A DNA stretch of 63,725 nt, filler included, from Octopus bimaculoides (GCF_001194135.2; 5 parts of 5 records of this genome joined end to end with filler, not necessarily neighbours in it), one strand, 5' to 3'; shown: positions 34,737-48,237, numbered from the whole stretch's first letter. The notes: generated by a model not told the origin, from the sequence alone. Numbers and translations are program-made.

Positions 34737-35486
34737 TGCGTGGACTGATCAAAAGTGCACCAGGCTGATCACATCAAGGGAAAATCTGACATTGTTTGAG
34801 GCAGATCCAGCTGGTTTCCTTGAATGTTTCCTAAGCCAGGATGAGTGTTGGGTTCATCACTTTGAGCCAGAGACAAAGAGACAATCCATGCAGTGGAAAC
34901 ACTCCTCCTCACCTGCTCCAAAGAAGGCCAAGGTTGTTTAATCTGCAGGGATGGTGATGATCTCAGTCTTTTGGGATGCTAAAGGCACTGTGTTTATTTA
35001 CTAACTTCAAAAGGACCACACTATCAATGGAGAGTACTTTACCAACTTGCTGAGGCAGTTACAAAAAGCTATCAAGATCAAATACCCAGGAAAACTTACA
35101 AAACTTGTTTTGTTTTATCAGAACAGTGCTCCAGCACCCAAGTCTTTGCTTTCAATGGCTGCTGTGTATGACTGTGGCTTTGAACTAATTGATTACCCTC
35201 TCTTCCTCCTGATTTGGCCCCATCTGACAACTACCTGTTCCCTTACATGAAAAGACACTTGGCTAGGAACCAGTACCGCAGTGATAATGATGTCATATTT
35301 GCTGCTGATGACTTTTTTAACCAGCAGGATGAAAGCTTCTTCAACAATGGGATCCTAGCACTGCAATACCAATGGAAGAAGTGTGCAGACCACAATGGGG
35401 ACTCTGTTAAAAAATAAACAATTCATTTGGTCATATTCCATGAGAGTATCTTAATCAGCCTTCAAACATTTCAGCCAATCCTCATA
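34737..35486 (+). mobile_element. mariner transposase remnant (catalytic region) with 3' TIR
   Basis: QDECWVHHFEPETKRQSMQWKH...KKAK...VFWDAKG...TINGEY...(YSP)DLAPSDNYLFPYMK...QWKKC...GDSVKK*; ends TTTCAGCCAATCCTCATA; stops and frameshift. Confidence 0.93.
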
Positions 35487-37078
35487 AGATTGAAAGTTTT
35501 CTTGGAAATGTTGAATTTGTAGGTGAAACACTGCCATTGAAAGAGGTGGGGAACCTGTAATGTTAGGAAGGGCATCCATCTGTAGAAACTTTGCCAGATC
35601 AGATTGGAGCCTGGTGCAACCTTCTGGCTCGCCAGTCCTTAGTCAAACCATCCAACCCATGCCAGCATGGAAAACGCGTTAAACGACGACGATGATGATG
35701 ATGATGATATGTTTGATTCTGTTCTTTATTTTTTCTTCTTTCTATAAAATAAATTGCATTACTTTCTGACTCACCCTTGTAACTCCATCCAGTGAGGGAG
35801 CATACACATAATTGCTCAGCCTGATAGATATACTAGTCAAATCCCTCTCAAATCACTCTGTCTTCTTATGAAAAAGAAGGATACAGTGCATAATGCAATT
35901 CTGGAGTATGTTGTGGTTTGGTAAATAGACTTGATTGCCATGCATGGCATGTCTTTTATCATAAGTCAGTTTAATATAATGAAATAGAATGCAGTGAGCT
36001 GGCAGAATCATTAGCATGCTGGGCAAAAGGCTTTGCAGCATTTTGTTCGTCTTTATGTTCTGAGTTCAAATTTCGCCAAGGTCAACTTTACCTTTCATCC
36101 TTTCAAGGTCAATAAAATAAGTACAAGTTGAAAATGGGTCGATCTAATCAACCTATTCCTCGCCCAAAATTGCTGGCCTTGTGCCAAAACCTGAAAGCAA
36201 GGTAATGAAATAGATTTATTCAATTGTCAACATACCACTGCTTTATTAATTAACAAAGATTTTTAGCATAAATGACACAGGCACCTCTCTGTCATGTAAC
36301 TGGTAATGCAGGCAATTTGGTAAATGTGAGATATGATGTTCAAGCCCTGTTAAAGGGCCTCTTCATCACGTTTACTTTAATTGGTTTGGTTCATATAATG
36401 TCTTTTGCTATCAGCATTGTATTCTGCATCTCTAGCAACCACCAACACCACCATAAATGCCTTGTTAATCTCCACCACCAGCAGTACCACCACCATCACC
36501 ACCACCACTACCATCACCATCACCACCACCACCACCACCACCACTATATACACTTTTATAGTCCCCACCACAACCACTAATGTATACACTGCTACAATCA
36601 CATGCAGCTGCACCACCACCATAACCAACAATATAATCTCCACACCCCCTGGCCATTATAAGCTTCTACCCACCTTCTACACTCACCATCACCATCACCA
36701 CCACCACCACCACCTAGTCTATTATGTTACAGTAGATGTTTTAACATCATGCAAAGTCTATTTCTTTCATTTTGTCATTAATTCTGGACATTGCCATCAT
36801 CACCACCACCACCGCCATCATCTTCACCACCATCTTCAACATCCTCGTCTTTCTCCACCACCGCCACCACCACCCATGTTGGTGTCTTCTTACAGAAATT
36901 TTCTTATAAGATGTAAATCAATTACTTTTAATGGAATTGAAATGATGACTGGCCTGCTGTCAGCTTAAACTACTATTACCACTACCACTACTACAATTAC
37001 TACCACCACTAATACCATCACAACTCCTTCTACTACAACAACTATCACATCGTAAATATATTTCTACCAACATCACTG

Positions 37079-37111
<33 letters not shown>

Positions 37112-37384
37112 GATATTGATTTCTATGACATTGGTACAAGGACTTAAAGAGAAGGGGAACAATTTAAATCAACCTCTCCCACCCCACCATCCCAGTACAA
37201 AACTGGTACTTTTAATGATGTCAGACACTACTGGAAGAATGAAAGGTAAAGTTGATCCCAGCTGGATTTGAACTCAGAGCATGTAAGTTGTCATCATTTG
37301 TATTAATTTTTAAAACATTAAAGGCAGTGATGCTGAAAATGTAGTGGTGTTGGTTCCACATAAAATTCACTAGTACTGTTGTTG

Positions 37385-37676
37385 TTGGCACTCCATCGCT
37401 TACGACGTCGAGGGTTCTAGTTGATCCGATCAACGGAACAGCCTGCTCATGAAATTAACGTGCAAGTGGCTGAGCACTCCACAGACACGTGTACCCTTAA
37501 CATAGTTCTCGGGGATATTCAGCATGACACAGTGTGACAAGGCTGACCCTTTGAATTACAGGCACAGCAGAAACAGGAAGTAAGAGTGAGAGAAAGTTGT
37601 GGTGAAAGAGTACAGCAGGGCTCGCCACCATCCCCTGCCGGAGCCTCGTGGAACTTAAGGTGTTTTCACTCTATAA
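37385..37676 (+). mobile_element. SINE-like interspersed repeat (family E)
   Basis: GGCACTCCATCGCTTACGACGTCGAGGGTTCTAGTTGATCCG head, then GCAAGTGGCTGAG..TGAATTACAGG body; diverged relative at ~55130-55300. Confidence 0.55.
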
Positions 37677-38761
37677 NNNNNNNNNNNNNNNNNNNNNNNN
37701 NNNNNNNNNNNNNNNNNNNNNNNNNNNNNNNNNNNNNNNNNNNNNNNNNNNNNNNNNNNNNNNNNNNNNNNNNNNNNNNNNNNNNNNNNNNNNNNNNNNN
37801 NNNNNNNNNNNNNNNNNNNNNNNNNNNNNNNNNNNNNNNNNNNNNNNNNNNNNNNNNNNNNNNNNNNNNNNNAAACTGCCAGCATCAGTTGTCAGTTGTC
37901 GGAGCATTGCATCCTTCAAAACTTCCATGCTTCCTGAGATTCGCCAACACTACACCTGATTTTCTCCCCTCCATACACATGCAAGTATGTATCTGACTCA
38001 TACACTGTTCACTTTCCAGACATGCTTTATGCATATGCTTTATACACACTTTTGACAAGTTGTAATGCACCTGAGCACTGTATACAATAATTTCATTATC
38101 ATTATTATACTGTCCTGTTTAAAGCATTGGTGTGGATGTCACATAACATGCACTGGTGCTGGTACCATGTTTCAAGCACAGGTGCTCGTGTCACATTTAA
38201 AGCACTGGTGCTGGTGCCATGTAAAAAGCACCCTGTACACTTTGTAAAATAGTTGGCATTAGGAAGGGCATTCAACTGTGGAAAGCAAGTCAAAACAGAC
38301 TAAGGAACCTGATGTGGCCCCTGGTCTAGTCTGTTCCTTTCAAGCTGTCCAACCCATGCCAGCATGGAAAACAGACTTGAAAGATTATGATGATGAAAAC
38401 TCCTGCTTGTCTTGCAACATTTTGTTAATCATCATCACCATTGTTTCCGCATCTACTTTTCTTGCTTGCATGGATTGGGTGAAGTTAATTGAAGCAGGTT
38501 TTCTATGGCTGGATGACCTTCCTGTCACCAACTTTCACTTGTTTCCTAGCAAGGTAACATTTCCTCATGGCCAGATGTGTGTTCACAGAATACTGGAAAT
38601 GAATCATACAATGTCAACACAAGGAGGTACAAATACACATATATATTTGATGGGCTTCTTTCAGTTTCCATCTACTGAATCCACTGGTAAACCTTCATTG
38701 GTTCACATGGGCCTATAATAGAAGACACTTGCTCAAAGTGCCGTGCAGTGGGACCTAGTGA

Positions 38762-40655
38762 ACCTCATGAACAAAATAAAATTTCTTTAGTCTTTTAACA
38801 GTTTCCAACAGAAACTGAAAAAAGAAAAATGATATCAAATACATAAAGAGTTTTAAAAAAACGGCACTTTTTTCTGATAAAACTAAAAACTTATATCTTG
38901 TAGAAAACAGCACATATTCACAACTCCTACACAACAGCATCATTAATAATTACACCAAAGCTAGGTCACAAATTTATAACGAAATTAATAAAGAAGCTAG
39001 TATTATTGCCGCCAGACTTAAATTAGATAAAAAAAAGAGGTTCTTCCAAAAAAAGAGGCCTTTATAACTATCAAGGACCATAAAAAGAACTTCCTATCTA
39101 ATCCTAAATGTAGGCTTGGTATTATTAGTAAAGAAATTGGTATTATTAGCAAAAAAAATTTAGGAAAAAAATCAATGAGGAAGTCAGGAATGCTAGTAGG
39201 TTAGTACAATGGTCCAATAGTATAGGAGTCGTTGACTGGTTTGAAGCCATTAGGAATAAGTACAAAGCGAGATTTACACAATTTGCTATTGTCGATTTCT
39301 ATGCCTCTATCTCTAAGGAACTGCTAGATAAAGCCCTCACCTTCACAAGCGAATTTATAGAAATTAGTACACAAGATAAGGAATAATCTTCCATGCTAGA
39401 AAGACTTTACTCTTCAACGAGAATGCAGAGTGGGTCAAGACTACCGATACAGAGGGTGCTTTCAATGTGAGCATGGGGTCATATGATGAAGAAAGCATAT
39501 GCGATCTCATTGGACTATTCCTAACCGATACGTTGGTTAAGACTTTTTCTGACCTATGTTTCACCATTTACAAAGGTGATGCCCTAGCTTGAACCCCAAA
39601 TACCAATGGACCAGCACAAGATCGGTTTAGGAAGGACATTATCCATTTGATGAAAACTTTCAGTCTTAGCATAACTACAGATACCAACCTGATGGTTGTC
39701 AATTTCCTAGATGTATCCTTAGATCTAAATAAGAATATTTACAAACCTTATAGGAAGTCCAACGATAGACTTAGTTATATTAATGTGGGTTCCTGCCATA
39801 GTGTTTAAACATTTTGTTAAAAACATTAGCAAAAGAATTCCTAGCCTCTCCTCTGATAGGGACATTTTTAATAGCGTTGCCCCAGTATATAATAATGCTC
39901 TAAAAGATAGTGGATTTAGTGAGGAAATAACCTATACACCAGTCACCAGTCTAATAATAAAGAAAAGGAAACAGGAATAGGAAAATATCTGGTTCACACC
40001 CCCTTACTCCCCCAAAGTGACTTTTGATATAGGTAAGTGTTTCTTGGCACTTATAGATAGACATTTTCCAGTCAATCATAGTTACAGAAAGCTCTTCAAT
40101 AGACATAACTTAAAAATTAGTTTTAGCTCAACTACTAATTTTAAAAATATAATTGCACACAACACACGAAAACCACAAAATGAAACCAGCTGTTTATGCA
40201 CGGATAAAAATTTGTGCCTGCTAAATGGAGCTTGTATGTTTGAGCCCATCATTTATGAAGCCACTGTAGACTCTACAACCACTAAGGACACAGTTTTGAC
40301 AAAGAAGTATGTGGGTCTCACAGAGGGGAATTTTAAGGCCAGGTTCAACAATCACACCTTGAGCTTCAGGCACTGGGATAAAAGAAAAACGACCAAATTA
40401 TCCAGTCATATATGGTCCTTAAAAGATAAAGGTGTCAGTTACAACATCCATTGGAAGATTTTAGCCAAGTGTAAGCCTTACACCAACGGTAGTAGAAAAT
40501 GCGGTCTTTGTGATATGGAAAGATGGCTCATCTGGAAAAACAGCTTAGACCCCGCTGCATGTCTAAATCCAAGAACTGAACAGTTTGGATCATGTCCACA
40601 TATGGCTAAATATTTGTTAGGTTTTTGGGTCCCCCCCCCCCAAGATCACGGATAG
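38762..40655 (+). mobile_element. Penelope-like retroelement, near-complete RT plus GIY-YIG, decayed RT
   Basis: FSDKTKNLY...INKEASIIA..LKL...EAFITIKDHK.NF.SNPKCRL...QW.N...V.DWF...DFYASIS...MGSYD...VNFLDV.LDL...KPYRKSN...; ORF 40017-40655 has CLC..K.LC.LNGAC, IYEA.V..YVGLTEGNFKARFNNH, CGLC. Confidence 0.93.
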
Positions 40656-40854
40656 AACCTGCTTTTTATATTGCGTCTGTGTACAAGCATTTTATCTCCC
40701 TATATTTTTTTTATATATTTTACATATTGTTTACATATTTATATATATATTTTTATCGCTTTATATATTTTTACACATCTTTTTCTGTATTTTACCTTTC
40801 ACCCTGCATTTTTCTTGTGCATGTGCGCATATAGACGTGTATATGAACTTTTTT

Positions 40855-41313
40855 GTGCACGAATGGACTATATACAAGTGTGTGTGTGCGTGTATGTATG
40901 TATATATGTACATGTACATGAGTATGGTTACATATATATGTGGATGCACATGCGAGTGAGCATATGCATATGTAGCATGTGTGTATTTTAGATGTGTATT
41001 TGAATATAATTGTGTGCATATGGGTATGTGCATGTGTGTGCACATGTGTGCGGATATGCATATGTGTACATCGTGTGTGCATGTACATGTATATATACAT
41101 GTGTATGGTTGCAGATATATGTAGATGTACACGCATATTTCACACGAGTGTGAGTGAGCATATGCATATATAGTGCATATTTTAGACGTATATTTGAATA
41201 TAATTGTGTGCGTATGGGTATGTGCACATGTATGTGTGTGCATGCACGTGTGTGTGGATATGCATGTGTACATGCATGGTTGCATATATATGTGCATATA
41301 TAGATGCATGTAT
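40855..41313 (+). repeat. Degenerate CA/TG/TA-rich tandem repeat (~190-bp unit, two copies)
   Basis: GAGTGAGCATATGCATAT...TATTTGAATATAATTGTGTGC.TATGGGTATGTGC repeated. Confidence 0.75.
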
Positions 41314-41413
41314 NNNNNNNNNNNNNNNNNNNNNNNNNNNNNNNNNNNNNNNNNNNNTTAATTAATTAANNNNNNNNNNNNNNNNNNNNNNNNNNNNNNN
41401 NNNNNNNNNNNNN
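41314..41413. other. Artificial 100-bp scaffold spacer
   Basis: Same 44N-TTAATTAATTAA-44N structure. Confidence 0.95.
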
Positions 41414-41503
41414 GGCCATTAGGGTCTTAAGAAACGCCGTAAAGCAAAAGGTTTACGGGCGTGAAACCCAGGGTAACCCCACAGACCGCCCATAACAATT
41501 TAA

Positions 41504-41541
<38 letters not shown>

Positions 41542-41949
41542 TCCATAGCCAGAGGAATGGAGAGAGTCGAACGAAACTGCCCACACATCAACTTCGTTGT
41601 TTGATGCAAATATAATTATTGTGTGCCATTCATTTTAATTTTTGTTCCTTCGTAAATTAGGCAGCTAATGGTGAACCATTTTAATGAAATACAACTCTCA
41701 AGTTCGAAACTAAATTTACGTGCATGCGCGCTCTTGTGTGTGTGTACATGCGCGCGTGTATTTGTGTATGTGCATGTGTGTGTGCGTATTACTGCTGTTT
41801 ACTTTGTCTCATCAATGTCCTGTGATGTTTGGCAAATAGAGATCGATAAAATGTCTCGTCTGTTTTGGCATTTATCCTCACTTCACTTCATTCGCATCTC
41901 CTCCCCCAACAGGACAATCAGTCCTTTTGGGGGGTAAAATTTACACCAA

Positions 41950-42790
41950 CGGCACACCTCAACTATCCTATGCAATCAGAGATTTTTTGGTCTTCATCGC
42001 GGTCTCTTCCCTTCCATGTTCCGCCAGAATACGATTTTCACCAGAGATTCATCAATTTGGAATACGTATTCATACCTATGCAGTCTGACAATTCCTCTTT
42101 CTCATTGTCCCGTATCCATCTGCAATGCATATCTATCTATGGCCGAGTTACAACCTAGACACCAGCAACTAAGTCCACCTTCCACACTTCTCGGTCCACC
42201 ATCATTACCTCGAGGTGCTGGAGACATTCCAGGCCAGCGTCTGCGACCAAATTGTCGGTGTAAGCGTGGCGGTTTTTTCTTTTTCTGCTTACAATCACCA
42301 TGAAATGAGTTGTACAAGACTAATTTGGACGCTTCCACTTCAGAATGGCGCACGCAGTAACAAAATAATAGCCGCTGTCTTAGCCTGATCTTCTTGCTAA
42401 CTTTCAGTAGGTCTCGTAAAAGCATTTGTTTGGCATACGTTGCTGTCATTTTACATTTAGGGTTATTCGTAGCATCCTTGTGTAGAATCCATTTAGCCCG
42501 TTTGATAATTTCTTTGTCAGTGTCCCTGTTTCACTGCCATAGCACTGATTCGACAGTTGCAATGAGCAATTTGATTCTGATTCGCCTGGACAGTTTGGAG
42601 TTCGAGATCTTCTTAAGTTTCTAACAGGTTTTCTATGCTTGTCTAATGTAATATAGCTTGATGTAACATTAAGAAGGTGGTCAACTGTAGCGCCCTTAAT
42701 GGTTATCAAAGGATCCTTGAGACATTGCATGCTTAGAATAATGTGCATTGCAAATAAGATTCACTAAACTTGTTAAAAATAGCAGTTAGT
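41950..42790 (-). mobile_element. RTE-like LINE fragments (second subfamily)
   Basis: YGSETGTLTKKLSNGLNGFYTRMLRITLNVK...LLKVSKKIRLR..LFCYCVRH.E.EASKLVL (42190-42790) and VFQIDESLVKIVF...EGKRPR.RPK (41950-42130). Confidence 0.8.
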
Positions 42791-42997
42791 CCCTCTCAGA
42801 TCATGCCCTGCCGTTCTATAAAAATAATACGTTGGATACACTTGGAAAGAGAAGGGATGGTCACGGCTAGAATGCGATCAGAATTCACCTGGGGCTAAGC
42901 TACGACACCAAAGAAGCAACGATAACAACAAACTTTTACATCAAATAATTTTTTCTACAATAGGTAAAAGTCCTCCAGCTGGTGCTTATTTTATCAA

Positions 42998-43029
<32 letters not shown>

Positions 43030-43038
<9 letters not shown>

Positions 43039-43268
43039 CTTATTTCTTTATTGCCCACAAGGGTCTAAACATAGAGGGGACAAACAAGGACAGACAAAGG
43101 GATTAAGTCGATTACATCAACCCCAGTGCGTAACTGGTACTTAATTTATCGACCTCGAAAGGATGAAAGGCAAAGTCGACCTCGGCGGAATTTGAACTCA
43201 GAACGTAACGGCAGACGAAATACCGCTAGGCATTTCGCCCGGCGTGCTAACGCTTCTGCCAGCTCGCC
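43030..43268 (-). mobile_element. Young SINE family A copy (CpG intact)
   Basis: Reverse complement GGCGAGCTGGCAGAAGCGTTAGCACGCCGGGCGAAATGC...GTTCAAATTCCGCCGAGGTCGACTTTGCC, with the long tail variant also seen at 26126-26357. Confidence 0.9.
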
Positions 43269-44777
43269 TATATATATATTCCGTCTACCAAATCAACTGA
43301 CAAAGGTTTGGTTGACCGAGAGCTACAGAGTAAGACACTTGCCCAAGGTACCGCGCAATGGGATTGTATATAGGATAAAATGGTTTGGAATCAAGCTTCT
43401 AGCCACAGAGCCACGCCTGCGCCATAAGTTAATTTTTTGTGAAATTATTTCTTCAATTTCTCAAAGTTACCCGCTCTTTATTTTCTTTGTGGCTCGCTAA
43501 CAACTACCTCTAGGTTTTTGTCTTTCTTCCCCCGACTAAAAGGCAAACTTCAATTATTAATTAAGAATATGTTTACGTACTTCATTCAATACATCCCTTA
43601 ATTTATAAATCTAAGCTCATGCCATTAACCCCCGTTAGTTAGTTCACTTGACACGTTATATTCATTTATTTATTCTTAATTATATCATACAATATCCAGA
43701 ATAATTTACTTGTAAAAATTTTGCAATTAGTGTAACAAAGAAAATTATGTAAAATGTTATCTGTAGAGGTTAGAGCTCCAAAGTGAATTTTAGATAGAGG
43801 CTAGAAATGCATAATTTATTCCAATTAATTCTTCTGATCTCTGGTTTGTTGCTTTATTTGCCATGCATTTATGCATTTGCTATATTACTTCCATAAATTC
43901 CAGCTCAGACACTGAGTTCACTAATCCAATAGGGACATTATACAATTCCGTTTTTGTCGATCTCAAATGCATATCCAGCCATAAAATTTGATTTTGGACT
44001 AAATATTTTGAAGCAACAGATTAAAAAATACCGCGTGGTATTCAGTCACATCCCTTCTTTACATTAGTTCAAATCACGACGATGTTAAATTTGACTTTTG
44101 TCTTTCAAGGCCATTCATCAGACTGGGATTGATTTAATCGATCAGCTCTAACCCAATTTTTTTTTNNNNNNNNNNNNNNNNNNNNNNNNNNNNNNNNNNN
44201 NNNNNNNNNNNNNNNNNNNNNNNNNNNNNNNNNNNNNNNNNNNTTAGAAAGAAAAATGAGATGCTTATAATCACTTCGCCCACTTTCGGCGAAAAACAGT
44301 ATTTTTTTTCTTTTTTGGTCTCTTTTTTTTATGATTTAACTTGCTTACAACCAACACAAAATATCAACGACAAAGCCAACACGCAGTTAAGAAAATAAAA
44401 ATGACAACAAACCGGAAACAAAAACGAGGGGAAATTAACTAATGCACTGTACAACAGAGCACACACATTTTGAAACAAAACTGTTGCTTCTGTAGAATTT
44501 GGTTCAAAAGACGATTTGGGAGAAAGCTTTTAACAGTAGCAACAATAACACCACCATAAAACAGCAACAATATGTACTTTTTAATCTTTTATCTTTTATC
44601 TGCTTCAGTCATTAGACTGCGGCCATGCTGGGGCACCGCCTTGAAGAATTTTTAATAGGAATGAATCGTTCCCTGGACCGATTTTCTTTAAGCCTGGTAC
44701 TTATACTATCGATTCTTGTTGCTGAAGCGCTAGATTACGAGATTTATATATCTTAATTTGCAGAGGAATTTGTAGTA

Positions 44778-44852
44778 GGTAGCTTAGCTTAATCGGTCAA
44801 AGCATCGTGACATGTAATCACGGGGATGTGAGTTCGTGTCCACAGCTAGCCA
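44778..44852 (+). tRNA. Degenerate tRNA-Thr(UGU)-like sequence (pseudogene or TE-embedded)
   Basis: GGTAGCT-TA-GCTT/AAGC D arm, CGTGA-CATGTAA-TCACG anticodon arm (TGT), GTGAG-TTCGTGT-CCAC T arm, AGCTAGC-CA; non-canonical position 33, T-loop and one T-stem base. Confidence 0.55.
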
Positions 44853-45687
44853 CCTACACTTTTCTCTGCAAAATAGGGATAGTTTATCCTGTTCAGGCTA
44901 TATTATTAGCATTATTCTGCGATTGAGAATTTAAAACCACTTCTTAAACTAACTCCGGTTAGTTCCTCTAAGTCGAGTTTTGCTGGATAATAACCATGAA
45001 GTGGTTGTTTCACCCTACCTTTTATTCTTCAAGACATATTGGAATCCCGATTTGGTTTTGTTATTCTGATTTGGATGATTATATCAAATCTACAGTTCTC
45101 AGTTTNNNNNNNNNNNNNNNNNNNNNNNNNNNNNNNNNNNNNNNNNNNNNNNNNNNNNNNNNNNNNNNNNNNNNNNNNNNNNNNNNNNNNNNNNNNNNNN
45201 NNNNNNNNNNNNNNNNNNNNNNNNNNNNNNNNNNNNNNNNNNNNNNNNNNNNNNNNNNNNNNNNNNNNNNNNNNNNNNNNNNNNNNNNNNNNNNNNNNNN
45301 NNNNNNNNNNNNNNNNNNNNNNNNNNNNNNNNNNNNNNNNNNNNNNNNNNNNNNNNNNNNNNNACGAATAAAGAACACTTAAGAATCATGAACAAAATAT
45401 TTCGACATGTTCTTTTTCTTACTTTTTTTAAATCTAGATAACGAATATATATATATATACCATCAATATTTCACATAGAGAAATTGAAGAAATTAAGGCC
45501 TAGAGGAGACGAAAAAAAAATAATAACTTCACCTTCTACTTGTTTCCAAAAGGAAATCTCGACGTTAAAATTAGTACTTGACAACGCAAATCATCGCCAG
45601 TTTCTTCAACCGCTAGTGATCGTTCTTGCTTACATGTGTAAGAGTGTCTGTGTACGTGCGTGACTGCATGTGTGCATCGATACATAC

Positions 45688-45811
<124 letters not shown>

Positions 45812-46340
45812 GTGTGTGTGTATACTTATATATGTGTGTGTTTGAGCTTGTCTGAATTTGTGTGTATACACACACACACACACACACACACTCACGTTAC
45901 ATTATTGTTGTCATTATTATCGATTTTTGTTTTAATGTACACTCACTGTCGCATTAGCAGGGGAGGTAAACGGAATCGTGTGTCGCGTTCTCCGCAAAAG
46001 AGAGCACGTGATCTGACAAGTATAAAAAAAAGAAAAGAAAGAAAGAAAAAGACGTAGTTATATATACAAGCACTCAGACTCCAACATACACACACACACA
46101 CACATTCACACAGCCATATATATTCGTGTGTGCGTGTGTGTTTCTGTGCGTATGCGTGTGTGTGTGTGTGTGTGTGTACATGGAGATAGGTATGCGTATA
46201 AATGACACTGTAATTATATATCTAGAACTGATATGTGACAAACCGAATGTTAGGTATAGATTAGCAGTAAAAATGAACAGAATGTAACATATATTGAAAA
46301 TGACATGTCGATATATGTACGCGAGTGTACATGCATACAT

Positions 46341-46395
<55 letters not shown>

Positions 46396-47484
46396 TGTAC
46401 ACGATCTACCTCTATAATTATTGTGATTTTCCAGGAACTGCTACAGCGGATCAAGAGATGTATCGGAAGAAATGATATTTTTTTTTTTTAAATAGCAACA
46501 ACAAAAACACTGCAAACTACAAAGAAAATAACATTATCAGAGTATATTGAGGTGGGTCTTTTTTTTATTTGCTATTCGGTAGCGAAACAAAGAAGGCTAT
46601 TACATTGCCTAGATTTAAACACGCACACACACGCATACATACTCACACATATACACTCATATACATACACACACACGCATACACATGCACATGTTGGTAG
46701 TAATAAATGGATGAAGTCTGAAGGACTCAGTACAGGTTACAGAGGCAGTCCATTTGTTAGTGTTATTTGTCTTTACTCACTATTTTCCATGTGTAGTTGC
46801 TTCTTCAGACAGCCATTGTCGTCTGAAGAAACGGTCACGCGGAGAAACTAACAAAAAGTTTTCAAAATCTTATTTTATATAAGTGAAGCTTATTTCTGTC
46901 TGTCTGTTTGTAACAATATCTATGCGTGTGTGTGTGTTGAGAGAAGGGGAAGAATCAAAAGTGGGAGGTAACCCCAACTGGCCATACCATACGAGGCACG
47001 TTATAGTTTCAACGTATATTTAGGAGGCAAGAAGGGGAGGAGAAAAGTTGTTGTGAGAGAAATATAGTGAGAAAGAGCGAGAAAGAGAGGGGGAGAGAAA
47101 GATAGAGAGAGGGAGAGAAAGAGATAGAGGGGACAGACAGACAGAAACAGAGAGAGAGAGAGAGAGTGGGGGATGAAAGATAGATAGATAGTGTTGTCAG
47201 AAGTTTTGATTAAAAACGCGGGAATTCTAAGTGCAAGTCTATCAACACAACGCAACAGAGACTTCAAATAAATAACTATATATGTAGTTATCCTACTGAA
47301 GGATCTATTCCATTTTGATTAGATCGTTACCCGGCAGCGTATTATTATTATTATTATCATTATTAATATTATTATTATTATTATTATTATCATTATTATT
47401 ATTATTCATGTCACTACCTGGAATCGAACACGGAATCATGAGGATCACATGCGTAGTGGCTAAGAGCGATTCCAAGCAGTGACT

Positions 47485-47526
<42 letters not shown>

Positions 47527-47587
47527 TTAATAATAATAACATCGAAAAATACCTTAGGAATGAAACCCAGGTTCGAAATTTCTCCAA

Positions 47588-47630
47588 GACACCTGATGAA
47601 GGCCGGAGGGTATATGAGCCGAAACGTGTT
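47588..47630 (+). ncRNA. Minimal hammerhead-ribozyme-like motif, probably inactive copy
   Basis: GACAC-CTGATGA-A-GGC(loop)GCC-GAAAC-GTGTT: core boxes, stem II and stem I present; stem III and the NUH site are collapsed. Confidence 0.5.
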
Positions 47631-48205
47631 AACAACAAACAAGATGAGGACAAATATCCGTCAAATGTAAATAATGTAAATAATACAAGCGCATATTGGT
47701 GTAGTGGCATGACGTGTTCATCAACATATTCTAAATTGCTCAACTTTGATATATTCGGACTTTGAATCAATTAACTACGTTTTATGGCAAGTATCACCAC
47801 CAAAATCTCTTGGATTTCTGTTCAACATTACTATCGAATCGCCATCGTGTGTAAATATATATGTACATAGATATATCTGTGTGTGTGTACACAAACACGC
47901 ACGCACACGTACAGAGAAACACACACAAATGGATGCATGTATATGTATGCAATAATTTTACAAATAGCCATGCATAGTCATACGTGGATAGACAGATATA
48001 CAGGTGGACAAACAGATTAATAAATAGACATGCAGACCGATAGACAGACAGACAGATATACTTTATTTAAATATACTTTATATATTATTATTATTATCAT
48101 CATTCAATTCTGTTTCCATTTTTTGCCGAGTGTCTTCCTGACACCTAAGGCAGAGAAACGTACTGTATACATTAGTAGGCCATTAAAATAAACACACAAG
48201 ATTGT

Positions 48206-48235
<30 letters not shown>

Positions 48236-48237
<2 letters not shown>

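Noticed and set aside
20482-41313. Continuation exons of the hnRNP U-like gene
   Set aside because: No GEE.FSYGY-, P-loop- or RGG-like exon found by manual reading; complex stretches here resolve to TEs
46820-46850. CTGAAGA...GAAAC as a second hammerhead
   Set aside because: No stem II pairing between the boxes and no stem I partner
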